Positions 39,178-48,650 of a stretch of DNA of 64,000 bases are shown piece by piece. The position numbers were made by a program, and so were the translations under genes. The stretch is from NCBI GenBank assembly GCA_964449165.1, contig CAYVAT010000001.1, positions 79,159 to 143,158 of the forward strand, written 5' to 3'. The notes beneath the pieces are model-generated. The model ran no database searches. It worked only from the letters and a program-made list of their open reading frames with translations, and was not told the DNA's origin. How positions within the stretch are numbered: the first letter of the stretch is position 1; every line of letters begins with the position of its first letter. The DNA is from an uncultured Eubacteriales bacterium. GTDB lineage: Bacteria > Acidobacteriota > Aminicenantia > Aminicenantales > Aminicenantaceae.

Positions 39178-41055
39178 ATGTTCTCTTTTATCAGGATAAT
39201 GCCCAGAGAAGGGGATGCCGTTGTTTTGCTTTTAACTTTCTTATTTTTCTTAGGGACCGTGAGTTTTGGCCGCACTGAAAAACCTGTCCTTCATGGTCGA
39301 CACTGGATGGCCATCACCGGGAAGCCTCTCGGTGCAACTGCCGGAGCTATGATCTTCCAACAGGGAGGGAATGCTGTTGATGCAACCTGTGCCATGCTTG
39401 CTGCTGTCTGTACCATGTATGATGTCTTGAGTTGGGGCGGAGAGACCCAAGCTCTGGTCTATAATCCGAAGACAAAAAAGATCTACGGCATCAATGCTTT
39501 AGGCGTGGCTCCAACCGGAGCAACTCCAGAGTTTTTTAAGGAAAAGGGATTAAAGTATCCCCCAGGATATGGACCTTTGGCTGCAGTCACTCCTGGGACT
39601 CCAGGGGGATTGATGGTCATGTTGGCTGAGTTTGGGTCCATGAGCCTCAAGGAAATTCTGGAGCCTGCAATCCAGATGGCCAAGGGCTATCCCGTAGAAA
39701 AACAATTGGCAGATAGTATAGAAAGGGATAAAAAGAGGATAAAGGAATGGCCTTATTCAAAGAAAGTCTTGCTCCCTCATCTTGGTAAAGAGCGAGAGGC
39801 CCCTTATCCTGGAGAGATTTTTCGCCAGCCAGATCTGGTCAAGACGCTTGAGAAGCTGGTAGAAGCAGAACAGGAAGCGTTGGCAGAAGGCAAAAGCCGC
39901 AAAGAAGCTATCCATGCTGCCTATGATCGGTTCTACAGAGGAGATGTCGCCAAAGAATTTGTCCGAGGCTGCCAGGAACAGGGCGGGCTCATCACCATGG
40001 AAGATCTGGCTAATTGGAAGGTTTATATCGAAGAGCCGGTGATGACTACTTATAAAGACATCGAAGTCTATAAACTCACTTCATGGGTGCAGGGTCCTGT
40101 CCTCCTCCAGATGCTGAACATGCTGGAGAATTTTGACCTGCAATCCATGGGCTATAACACGGCCAAATATATCCATACCATCTACCAGGTGATGAACCTG
40201 GCTTTTGCCGACCGTGATTTCTATTACGGAGACCCCTATTTTCCACCCCAGGAGCCTATAGAAGGGCTGCTCTCCAAAGAATATGCCAAAGAGCGGATCA
40301 AGCTGATCAACTGGAAGCGGAATGATCCGGATGTCAAGCCTGGCAATCCTTATCCATTCCAAGGAGAGGAAAATCCTTTCCTCCATTTTTTAGAGAAATG
40401 GTCAACAGTGGGAGATATGGATCCCAAGGATTGGAGCGAAGAGCAAAGAGCTTCTTTCGAAGCAGATATTGAAGCGGGGACCACCTCCATTCAAGCTGCT
40501 GATGAAGAGGGGTGGGTTGTTTCCGTCACACCCAGCGGCGGATGGATCCCAGCCTGTATAGCTGGCAAAACTGGGATCGGGATGAGCCAGAGGATGCAGA
40601 GCTTTGTCCTGGATGAAGATGAAAACCCCTTCAATGTCGTCGCTCCGGGAAAAAGGCCCCGAGCCACTTTGACACCAAGCCTGGCTCTAAAGGACGGCAA
40701 GCCTTTTCTATCTTTTGCTGTTCAGGGCGGGGATACTCAAGACCAGAATCTTCTTCAGCTCTTCTTGAATGTAGTGGAGTTCGGGATGAATATCCAGGAG
40801 GCATGCGAAGCACCGAACTTGGTCAGTTACCAGATGAAGAGCTCTTTCGGTCAACATCTGGCTGAACCCGGGAGGCTCCGCCTCAACGAAAAGATTCCTC
40901 CGTGGGTCAGAGAAAAGCTTGGGGCCATGGGATACAAGCTGGATTACAGGAAATATACCTCAGGCCCTCTCAATGCCATTTATTTCGACTGGATACACGG
41001 CACTTTCTGGGGAGGTTCAAGCAACTACGGGGAAGATTACGGAATAGCTTGGTAG
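39178..41055 (+). CDS. ggt: Gamma-glutamyltransferase family protein, secreted
   Basis: A signal peptide and the autoprocessing-site context ...AGTTSIQAADEEGWVVSVTPSGGW. 625 aa. Confidence 0.8.
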   Translation: MFSFIRIMPREGDAVVLLLTFLFFLGTVSFGRTEKPVLHGRHWMAITGKPLGATAGAMIFQQGGNAVDATCAMLAAVCTMYDVLSWGGETQALVYNPKTKKIYGINALGVAPTGATPEFFKEKGLKYPPGYGPLAAVTPGTPGGLMVMLAEFGSMSLKEILEPAIQMAKGYPVEKQLADSIERDKKRIKEWPYSKKVLLPHLGKEREAPYPGEIFRQPDLVKTLEKLVEAEQEALAEGKSRKEAIHAAYDRFYRGDVAKEFVRGCQEQGGLITMEDLANWKVYIEEPVMTTYKDIEVYKLTSWVQGPVLLQMLNMLENFDLQSMGYNTAKYIHTIYQVMNLAFADRDFYYGDPYFPPQEPIEGLLSKEYAKERIKLINWKRNDPDVKPGNPYPFQGEENPFLHFLEKWSTVGDMDPKDWSEEQRASFEADIEAGTTSIQAADEEGWVVSVTPSGGWIPACIAGKTGIGMSQRMQSFVLDEDENPFNVVAPGKRPRATLTPSLALKDGKPFLSFAVQGGDTQDQNLLQLFLNVVEFGMNIQEACEAPNLVSYQMKSSFGQHLAEPGRLRLNEKIPPWVREKLGAMGYKLDYRKYTSGPLNAIYFDWIHGTFWGGSSNYGEDYGIAW

Positions 41056-41115
41056 TAAAATAAAGATCGCTAAAAGCCTTCTGGAAGCATCCTTAAGACC
41101 GTGAGGAGGAAAAAA

Positions 41116-42762
41116 ATGAGGAAAAGAAACTTTGTCTGTTTCATTTCTGTCTTTGTCTTATTAGCTGGTTTGCTTATTGCCGAATGCTGCAAGCCGAGCC
41201 CTCCATCCAAACTTCAGTTTGAGATTTCCTTTCCCTCTTCTATTCATTCAGAGGCCATCACAGGGCGCGTTTTTGTCATGATTGCAAAGAGCGGCGAGAG
41301 GGAGCCTCGTCTCCAGGTTGGCAACTGGTGGAGGAGCGAACCATTTTTTGCAAAGGATGTCCATCAGCTTAATCCCGGAGAAGTTATCCTTATCGATGAG
41401 GATGTTCTGGGATATCCTCCAAAGAGCTTAAAAGACATACCAGCGGGAGATTACTACGTCCAGGGTTTGATAAATGTCTACACTCGATTTCATCGCTCCG
41501 ATGGCCATGTGATTTGGGCTCATATGGACCAATGGGAAGGGCAGAGATTTAACCGGTCCCCTGGCAACCTGTACAGTGAAGTTGAATCCGTCCATCTCGA
41601 CTCAGCCAAGGGATACAGGGTAAAACTGACGCTGGATAAAGTAATCCCTCCCATTGAAGCTCCGCAGGATACCGAATGGGTCAAATATATCAAAATCCAG
41701 AGCAAAATTCTGTCCGAGTTTTGGGGTCATCCCATCTATCTCGGAGCCATAGTCCTCCTTCCCAAAGGATATGACGCTCATCCAGATGTGTATTATCCCG
41801 TGCATTACAGACAAGGACATTTCTCGCTTCGCCCTCCTTATGGATTCAAGGAAAACACCGGTTTCTACAAAGTCTGGACATCAGAAAGCTTTCCCAGGAT
41901 GATCTGTGCTACTTTCCAGCATCCCTGCCCGTATTTCGATGATTCCTATGCGGTCAATTCCTCCAACTGCGGGCCTTATGGAGATGCCATCATGACGGAA
42001 CTCATCCCTTACATCGAAGAACATTTTAGAATTATCCGCAAATCCTACGCCCGAGTGCTTTCCGGCGGGTCCACAGGAGGATGGGAAGCGCTGGCCCTGC
42101 AGATCTTTCACCCTGATTTTTTCGGAGGAGCATGGAGCTTTTTTCCTGATCCTATAGATTTTCGATATTACATGCTGACAAACATCTATGAGGATAAGTG
42201 CGCTTTCTACAAAGAGTATGGATGGCAGAGAGCAGAACGTCCCATGATGAGAGATGTTCACGGCCAGGTCTTAGTCACCTTGAGACATCTCAGCCAGATG
42301 GAGGCTGTTCTTGGCTCCGAAGGACGATCTGGCCAGCAGCTGGACATATGGCAGGCTGTTTACGGGCCTGTCGGCAAAGATGGTTATCCAGAGCCTCTGT
42401 GGGATAAGTTGACAGGGAAGATAGATCACCAGGTGGCTCAATACTTTAAGGAACACTATGATCTCCGCTATTATTTGGAGAAGAACTGGTCTTGGCTGGG
42501 GCCGAAGCTTGTGGGGAAATTGCATGTTTCTTGTGGAGATATGGATAATTTTTATTTGAACGAAGCCGTGTATGAGATGGAAAAATTCCTGAAAAGCACA
42601 AAAAATCCCTACTACGCCGGCTCCTTCCATTACGGACGCCCGAGAAAAGGCCACGGCTGGACTCCCTACGGCCGGAACACAGGCGAACTGGAGAGAGTCA
42701 TGGCCGATCACATCACCAAGAAAACTCCCGAAGAAGAGGATGCAGATCGATGGAAATATTGA
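41116..42762 (+). CDS. Putative esterase (PF00756-like alpha/beta hydrolase) with N-terminal secreted domain
   Basis: ARVLSGGSTGGWEALALQIFHPDFFGGAWSFFPD matches the esterase-family pattern G.S.GG..AL....P..F....SF.P. The ATG at 41116 is preceded by GAGGAGGA. The track start at 41101 is 5 codons upstream. Confidence 0.5.
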   Translation: MRKRNFVCFISVFVLLAGLLIAECCKPSPPSKLQFEISFPSSIHSEAITGRVFVMIAKSGEREPRLQVGNWWRSEPFFAKDVHQLNPGEVILIDEDVLGYPPKSLKDIPAGDYYVQGLINVYTRFHRSDGHVIWAHMDQWEGQRFNRSPGNLYSEVESVHLDSAKGYRVKLTLDKVIPPIEAPQDTEWVKYIKIQSKILSEFWGHPIYLGAIVLLPKGYDAHPDVYYPVHYRQGHFSLRPPYGFKENTGFYKVWTSESFPRMICATFQHPCPYFDDSYAVNSSNCGPYGDAIMTELIPYIEEHFRIIRKSYARVLSGGSTGGWEALALQIFHPDFFGGAWSFFPDPIDFRYYMLTNIYEDKCAFYKEYGWQRAERPMMRDVHGQVLVTLRHLSQMEAVLGSEGRSGQQLDIWQAVYGPVGKDGYPEPLWDKLTGKIDHQVAQYFKEHYDLRYYLEKNWSWLGPKLVGKLHVSCGDMDNFYLNEAVYEMEKFLKSTKNPYYAGSFHYGRPRKGHGWTPYGRNTGELERVMADHITKKTPEEEDADRWKY

Positions 42763-43030
42763 AGAAGCCGGTCTGTTTCTGATTTGAATTCATTTTTGTT
42801 CCCATCATGGGGGACTTTTTCTCGACTAAACATTTAGAGGAAGGACACTGGATATCAGTTTTGTTTTGAGCATTGGAATATTTGTGATTTCGTTGTTTTT
42901 CTTCGCCCACATCTTGAGACTTGAATGGATGAACCGGAGATGATGCCTTCCCTCAAAATAAGGGTAATTTCTTAGGGAAGGAAACAGAGAACTCCAACAA
43001 AAAACATCTTTATTGGAGGACTGAGAGTCC

Positions 43031-43858
43031 ATGGACAGCAGAGGAGCCAGGATCGTTGCTGTTGCTAATCATAAGGGCGGAGTGGGGAAAACAACAACCA
43101 TAGTCAACTTGAGTGCAGCCTTGGCTAAACTGGGTAAAAAGGTGCTGCTCATAGACATCGATCCCGGTGCTCACGCTACCTATAGTCTGGGTGTCCTCGC
43201 TCATAAGAGGAATAAAACAGTCTATCATCTTCTCAAAGGGCAGGTGTCTTTGATGGAGGTCTTGGTAGAGATCGTTTTAGATAAGGAAAGCCTGGATCTT
43301 GTCCCTTCCTCTTTGAGTCTGGCTGAAGCTGAGGTGGAGCTGTCTGGCTTACCTGGGCGTGAATTCCTGTTGAGGGAAGCTTTGAGCTATGAGCTGCCCT
43401 ATGATTTTGTTTTTATCGACTGTCCTCCATCCTTAGGGTTATTGACTCTCAATGCCCTGACCACTGCCTCAGATGTGATTATCCCTTTACAAACAGAGTA
43501 TCTAGCCCTTCAGGGCCTGAGCAAACTTCTGGAGACAGTTGAGGTCGTCAAGGCCCGTTTAAACTCCAAATTGAGGATCTCTGGAGTTATCGGGACCAGG
43601 TTCGATAAGCGCAAAATCCTGAACCGGGAGGTGGTGGAGAAGATTAAGGGATATTTTAAGGACAAAGTCTTTGAGGTACTGATAAGAGAAAATATTTCCC
43701 TGGCAGAGAGCCCTTCCTATGGGCTCACCATTTTTGAGTATTTCCCCAATTCACACGGGGCTCAGGACTACATGGCTCTTGCTAGAGAAATTCTGGAGAG
43801 GGAGAGAGGTGAGCGAGATGAAGAGATTGGGACCTCAGGATCCCTTAAGCTGGATTAA
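43031..43858 (+). CDS. ParA/MinD-family P-loop ATPase (orphan; no ParB nearby)
   Basis: Deviant Walker A VANHKGGVGKTTT. 275 aa. Confidence 0.85.
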   Translation: MDSRGARIVAVANHKGGVGKTTTIVNLSAALAKLGKKVLLIDIDPGAHATYSLGVLAHKRNKTVYHLLKGQVSLMEVLVEIVLDKESLDLVPSSLSLAEAEVELSGLPGREFLLREALSYELPYDFVFIDCPPSLGLLTLNALTTASDVIIPLQTEYLALQGLSKLLETVEVVKARLNSKLRISGVIGTRFDKRKILNREVVEKIKGYFKDKVFEVLIRENISLAESPSYGLTIFEYFPNSHGAQDYMALAREILERERGERDEEIGTSGSLKLD

Positions 43859-44105
43859 GGATACAAGCGAGAAATCAACAAATAGCGGAGAAAAAACGCA
43901 AGAACTTCAAGGAATCAGGAGGGGGTCGCCTGGGGAGAAGAGAACGTTCAGGATTCAAAGTGAAGGGGAAACTCCCGTGGAAGTGACGGTGATCATCAAA
44001 GGAGAAGGAGAAGACCGAACCATCTGTGTCAAGGTGGCTGAACAGGGCAGACAGAAAACGAAGGTAGAGGTCAATACTTCAGACAAGCTGAAGGAAGAGG
44101 AATAG
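43818..44105 (+). CDS. Small highly charged protein (95 aa), overlaps the 3' end of parA by 41 nt
   Basis: The ATG at 43818 is preceded by GGAGAGAGGTGAG. It is K/E/R/G-rich (MKRLGPQDPLSWIKDTSEKSTNSGEK...). The track ORF at 43719 is an upstream extension. Confidence 0.35.
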   Translation: MKRLGPQDPLSWIKDTSEKSTNSGEKTQELQGIRRGSPGEKRTFRIQSEGETPVEVTVIIKGEGEDRTICVKVAEQGRQKTKVEVNTSDKLKEEE

Positions 44106-44106
44106 A

Positions 44107-44153
44107 TTACTTCTGGAAGAGAATCTTCCCACCCACGATGGTGTAGAGAACTT
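44107..44153. repeat. Direct repeat copy 1 (47 nt, 46/47 identical to 48604-48650)
   Basis: TTACTTCTGGaAGAGAATCTTCCCACCCACGATGGTGTAGAGAACTTC versus copy 2 TTACTTCTGGtAGAGAATC... One mismatch. Confidence 0.85.
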
Positions 44154-44172
44154 CCTCCTTCAGCTGATCCCT
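44107..44172 (-). pseudogene. Dead C-terminal stub of an amidohydrolase paralog (RDQLKEEVLYTIVGGKILFQK*)
   Basis: Minus-strand translation matches the last residues of the 48604-50328 amidohydrolase (..EAEVLYTIVGGKILYQK*). In-frame TAA TAA lies immediately upstream, so only 21 codons remain. Confidence 0.5.
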
Positions 44173-44515
44173 TTATTAATTTTCGTTTGCTTGGCTTCAT
44201 TGTTTGCTCAAAAAATGGAATCCATCCCCATTGTCTGGACAGGAAAATGTCTTCTTTAAGGAGATATTTGTACTCGAGTCGAATGCTGCTGGATCCCATA
44301 AGCGCTAATTCCGTTGTATCAAATTTTATGTTATATGTATGAGCTCCGTGCAGTAAATAAATTTGTTCTTTCCAATTCATCTCTCCAAAATATAGTGAAT
44401 ATGTAGACTGTTCCCGATTTTATTTACCCCCAAATTTTCGGGAATTGAGATTTCATTCTCGTTGTTTTAGAATAAATTCACTAAAATCAGAAGTAATTTA
44501 AAAGGAGAAGAAAAC

Positions 44516-45556
44516 ATGAAAACATTTTGCCGCTGTTTGGTGATCATTCTGTCTTTGAGCTTATTAATCTCTGCAAATAACCTTGAAGGCTATTCTGCTT
44601 CCATAAAGGCAAAGTATGGAGATGAGGATACATCCATCAACAGACTAAAAGATGAGATTGCCCGATACGAGAAAATAACAGAGGGATCTGTAGGAGTGGC
44701 CTCTATCCATCTGGAGTCAGGAAGATCTTTTTTTTACAACAGAGATATCCGTTATCCCATGGCAAGCACTTACAAGATTCCGATTGCTGTAAAGCTTTTA
44801 TCCCTCGTTGAAAAAGGAGAGATAAAGTTATCAGACATGGTAGAAGTTCAAAAGAGTGACCTCCATCCCGGGAGCGGGACTATAGCCCGGCTGCTGGACG
44901 ATCCAGGAGTTGTCCTGTCCGTCCAGAATCTTTTAGAGCTGATGCTGCTGATAAGTGATAACAGCGCGACAGATCTTTGTTTAAAAATTGTGGGCGGGTC
45001 TGAATCAGTCACTCAAAAAATGCGTGAAATAGGGATTATGGATATAGATGTCAACCGTCCCACATATGTTGCTATCGCCAATTACTTAGGAGTTACATCC
45101 GTTAAAGAAGGCGAACCCTACTCAGATGAAGAGGCTCTCAAAGAACTAGGGAAGCTGTCAAAGGAACAACGCGAACAAGCCGCTCAGGCTTTCAGCAAAG
45201 ATAAGAAGGACACAGCCACTCCTGCTGCCATGGCGCAGTTGCTGAAAATGATCTGGAATAAGGAAATCCTCAGTAAAGAAAATTCAGAGTACCTTCTTGA
45301 TATCATGAAGCGCTGTCAGACAGGTAAAGCCAGGATTAAAGGTATTCTTCCTCCTAATACCATCGTCCACCACAAAACTGGAACCATAGGAAGCACAACC
45401 AATGACGTAGGGATCATTGAGCTTCCTGGAGATGCAGGAAATCTGATAGCGGTCATCTTCACAAAGGAAGCCAAAATTGACAATGAAAAAAGTGAGGAGG
45501 TCATCGCTCAGATTGCCAGAACATTATACGATTACTTCCTCTTTACCACTGAATAA
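44516..45556 (+). CDS. Class A beta-lactamase-fold protein (penicillin-binding-protein-like serine hydrolase), secreted; omega loop atypical
   Basis: Signal peptide; STYK (SxxK), SDN, KTG and DTATPAAMAQ (compare TEM DTTMPAAMA) are present. The ExxLN omega-loop Glu is not evident (DVNRPTYVA), and a ~40-aa insertion is present. 346 aa. Confidence 0.7.
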   Translation: MKTFCRCLVIILSLSLLISANNLEGYSASIKAKYGDEDTSINRLKDEIARYEKITEGSVGVASIHLESGRSFFYNRDIRYPMASTYKIPIAVKLLSLVEKGEIKLSDMVEVQKSDLHPGSGTIARLLDDPGVVLSVQNLLELMLLISDNSATDLCLKIVGGSESVTQKMREIGIMDIDVNRPTYVAIANYLGVTSVKEGEPYSDEEALKELGKLSKEQREQAAQAFSKDKKDTATPAAMAQLLKMIWNKEILSKENSEYLLDIMKRCQTGKARIKGILPPNTIVHHKTGTIGSTTNDVGIIELPGDAGNLIAVIFTKEAKIDNEKSEEVIAQIARTLYDYFLFTTE

Positions 45557-45762
45557 AGGAGAAACTGGGCGATTTTCTAGATTGAGGCATCACGAGTTTT
45601 CATGAATTATCGTTAATGGCCCGAAAAACTTTTCCTTCTGAAATAAGGCTATTTTCTCCTTTTTGATGCGTTTCAGTATGTGGAGGCTTCGCTGTGACAA
45701 AAGTCAGCTTGAAGTGGGCCTCTGTGGCTGTTTTCTAGGGCAGGACTATAAACTGTTAAAAT

Positions 45763-48129
45763 CTATTCATAGCGGATGGAATCCACTGGATCAGCAAGGG
45801 AAACCTTCACGGTTTGATAACTAACTGCGATCAAAGAAATAGTCAGGACAAGCAAACCAGACAGAAGAAATGTGCTCCATCTGAGGCTTACTCGGTAGGG
45901 AAAATTTAGCAGCCAGTTGCTCATGATCCACCAGGATATCGGCCAGACACATATGTTTGCCAGCAAGACAAGTTTTACAAGATCCCTGCAAAGCAGATAG
46001 AGAAGCGCCCCTCTTGAAGAGCCCAGGATTTTGCGGATTCCGATTTCTTTAGTTCGTCTTTCAGTTGAGAATGATGTCAACCCAAACAGTCCAAGACAGG
46101 CTATGAACACAGCCAGTATTGTAAAATACTTAAGAATACTACCCAAAGTCTCCAAATCCACGTATGATTTGTCTAATTCTTTATCGAGAAAGTCATATTT
46201 AAATGGTAAATCAGGAGCGACTTTTTCCCAGGCTTTTTCCAAAGATACGAGCGAGGTTGAAATACTTCCCGGACGGATACGGACAAAAATATAATTTACC
46301 ACAGGATTTTGAAAAAGGATTAGAGGACCTATCAAGGCATCTGCTACTGATTCAATGTGAAAATCTTTCATTACGCCTATAATTGTGCCCTCGTATGTCT
46401 CTCCGATGGAAAGAGTTTGATTTAACGCTGAATCCACTCCCATAAGCTTTTCAAACATCTCATTAACAATCAAATTTCCCCTTTCGTCTGCGAAATCTTT
46501 CGAAAAACTTCTTCCTTTCAGCATTTTTATCTTCAACGTCTCAATAAAATCATAATCAACAGAAGTAATGTTTATAGGAGTGCTTTCGTCCAATCTTTTT
46601 CCCTTGAAAACCACATTATCGGTCGGTGAGGCAAACCACGTGGGATGATTAAAAGATGCGGTGACCATTTCCACACTGGGATCGCGTTTTAATTCATTTT
46701 TCAACCTTTGGTAGATCTGTCTGTTATTGACATTCGCAATTCCAAGCGGGATCGAGATTACATTTTTTTTATCAAAACCCAGATCTTTATTTTTAAGAAA
46801 ATCAACCTGGTTATAAATAATGCCGGAAATGATGATCAATATGAGTGAAATGCTGATTTGAATAAAAACCAGGATTTTTCTCAATAGAGAACCCTTAAAG
46901 CCTGATTTCATTGTCCCCCGTAGTGTTTTCACAGGCTGAAATGAAGAGAGAAAGAGTGCTGGATAACTTCCCGACAGGAGACCCGTAAACAAAGTTATAA
47001 CGGTCACAAAAAGGATGATCCTTCCGTTTCCAAAACCGGATAGAGTGAAGGTTTCTCCGGTTATTTTATTGAATCCAGGAAGAAAAAGCTCTAAAAGGAC
47101 GGGAATAAAAACAAGTGCTATAAAAGCCAAAAAAACAGCTTCGACGAGGAATTGAGAAATTAGATGTCTTCTTCCGGCGCCAATGACTTTTCGCACGCCG
47201 ATCTCTTTTGACCGGTATTCCGCGCGGGCTGTTGTTAGATTCATGAAGTTGATACACGCCATTGCCAAGATGAGAACTGCCACTAAGGAAAAAACATAAA
47301 CATACTGAATTCTTCCCCGCCCTTCCGGATTGGCAAAATTTGAAAACAGATGGATTTTCGTTAAAGGCTGTAAAAACAATTCTATATTAGTGTCTTTATC
47401 ATAGGTCTTGATGATACCAGTAATTTTCTTCTCGAAGTCTCGGAAATCTGTATTTTCTTTCAAACGTATGTATGTTGATGCCATACTGAAATCCCAGGTC
47501 TTTGTCTTCCATCCCAATTTTTCAACGATTTCGAAAGGAACGGCCATGTCAAACTGTAGATGGGAATTGGACGGTATATTCTTAATAACTCCGGTTACAG
47601 TAAAATCGAACCTGTTATCCAGTGTTAGTATTTTCCCAACTGGGTCTTTATTTCCGAAATACTTATCGGCGGTCTTTTCTGTTATGACTATCGAATTGAG
47701 ATTGTTGAGCGCAGTATTTTTATCACCTTTGAGAAAAGGGAAGGTAAACATACTGAAAAAAGCCGGATCCACGGTTATTATTAGGTCTTCATAATATTTC
47801 TTCTCCTTATAGCTTATTACCCTTTCACCAGTCCAGGCATGTCTTGTAGTTTCCTTGATCTCAGGGAAATTTTCTTTAAGCGTAGGCGATAATAGCCCGG
47901 GCGTATAGAAACCATATCTAACGTCATCAGGAATATTGCGTTTTTCAATTACCCTATAAATTGAGGAAGCATTTTTATGAAACCTATCAAAACTCAACTC
48001 ATGCACCACCCAGACCGATATGAGAATAAATGCGGTGATGCCGAGTGCAAGCCCCGAGATGTTAATAAAAGAATAGACTATTTGTCTTCTGAGATTTCTT
48101 ATTGCAATCATTAAGTAGTTTTTAAACAT
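45763..48129 (-). CDS. ABC transporter permease, FtsX/MacB-like with two FtsX domains (no adjacent ATPase gene)
   Basis: 788 aa with two 4-TM FtsX-type modules and large extracytoplasmic loops. SD AAGGGGAG. Confidence 0.8.
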   Translation of the reverse strand: MFKNYLMIAIRNLRRQIVYSFINISGLALGITAFILISVWVVHELSFDRFHKNASSIYRVIEKRNIPDDVRYGFYTPGLLSPTLKENFPEIKETTRHAWTGERVISYKEKKYYEDLIITVDPAFFSMFTFPFLKGDKNTALNNLNSIVITEKTADKYFGNKDPVGKILTLDNRFDFTVTGVIKNIPSNSHLQFDMAVPFEIVEKLGWKTKTWDFSMASTYIRLKENTDFRDFEKKITGIIKTYDKDTNIELFLQPLTKIHLFSNFANPEGRGRIQYVYVFSLVAVLILAMACINFMNLTTARAEYRSKEIGVRKVIGAGRRHLISQFLVEAVFLAFIALVFIPVLLELFLPGFNKITGETFTLSGFGNGRIILFVTVITLFTGLLSGSYPALFLSSFQPVKTLRGTMKSGFKGSLLRKILVFIQISISLILIIISGIIYNQVDFLKNKDLGFDKKNVISIPLGIANVNNRQIYQRLKNELKRDPSVEMVTASFNHPTWFASPTDNVVFKGKRLDESTPINITSVDYDFIETLKIKMLKGRSFSKDFADERGNLIVNEMFEKLMGVDSALNQTLSIGETYEGTIIGVMKDFHIESVADALIGPLILFQNPVVNYIFVRIRPGSISTSLVSLEKAWEKVAPDLPFKYDFLDKELDKSYVDLETLGSILKYFTILAVFIACLGLFGLTSFSTERRTKEIGIRKILGSSRGALLYLLCRDLVKLVLLANICVWPISWWIMSNWLLNFPYRVSLRWSTFLLSGLLVLTISLIAVSYQTVKVSLADPVDSIRYE

Positions 48130-48603
48130 CGCTCCCCTTCAGATAATAGACATTTACCCTTCAAATCTTTCATTTTATGCAATAATTATGCCATTTAGAC
48201 TTGCTGAAGAATCCATATGAATATTTAAAAAACAGTGTCCGATAATAAACCATATGATGCACGGAATCGGACGATTTTGCAGCTCTCATGTTCTTTGGAG
48301 TTCTGATCATTTCCCCGACCATCGGACTGATGACCGTGCTCCACTAGGCCATCTGAGCCGCCTCGGCTAATCGTTTGGATTCCCTATGATATGACTAGGG
48401 AATGGGGATTGATCCCAATCATTCATACCGGAGCGAGGACACAGGATTAGCTGCAGCAGCGCGGACAGTCTGGGAGGATGTTGAAAACGAGGAAATCTAT
48501 TAAGTAATATATCCACGGAGCTTCAGCTTTGAACCAGGGCACAATAAAAATATCCCCCCGAAGCCTTGGCGGCTGTCAAAAAATAGGCCAGATCGCAAAA
48601 AGG

Positions 48604-48650
48604 TTACTTCTGGTAGAGAATCTTCCCACCCACGATGGTGTAGAGAACTT
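48604..48650. repeat. Direct repeat copy 2 (47 nt), identical to the 3' end of the amidohydrolase CDS
   Basis: See copy 1. It covers the stop codon and the last 15 codons of the amidohydrolase (minus strand). Confidence 0.85.

Noticed and set aside
43955-44380. 141-aa minus-strand ORF
   Set aside because: It has no RBS and low coding quality. It overlaps the amidohydrolase stub in a different frame and the tail of the ParA-partner ORF. It is considered spurious.
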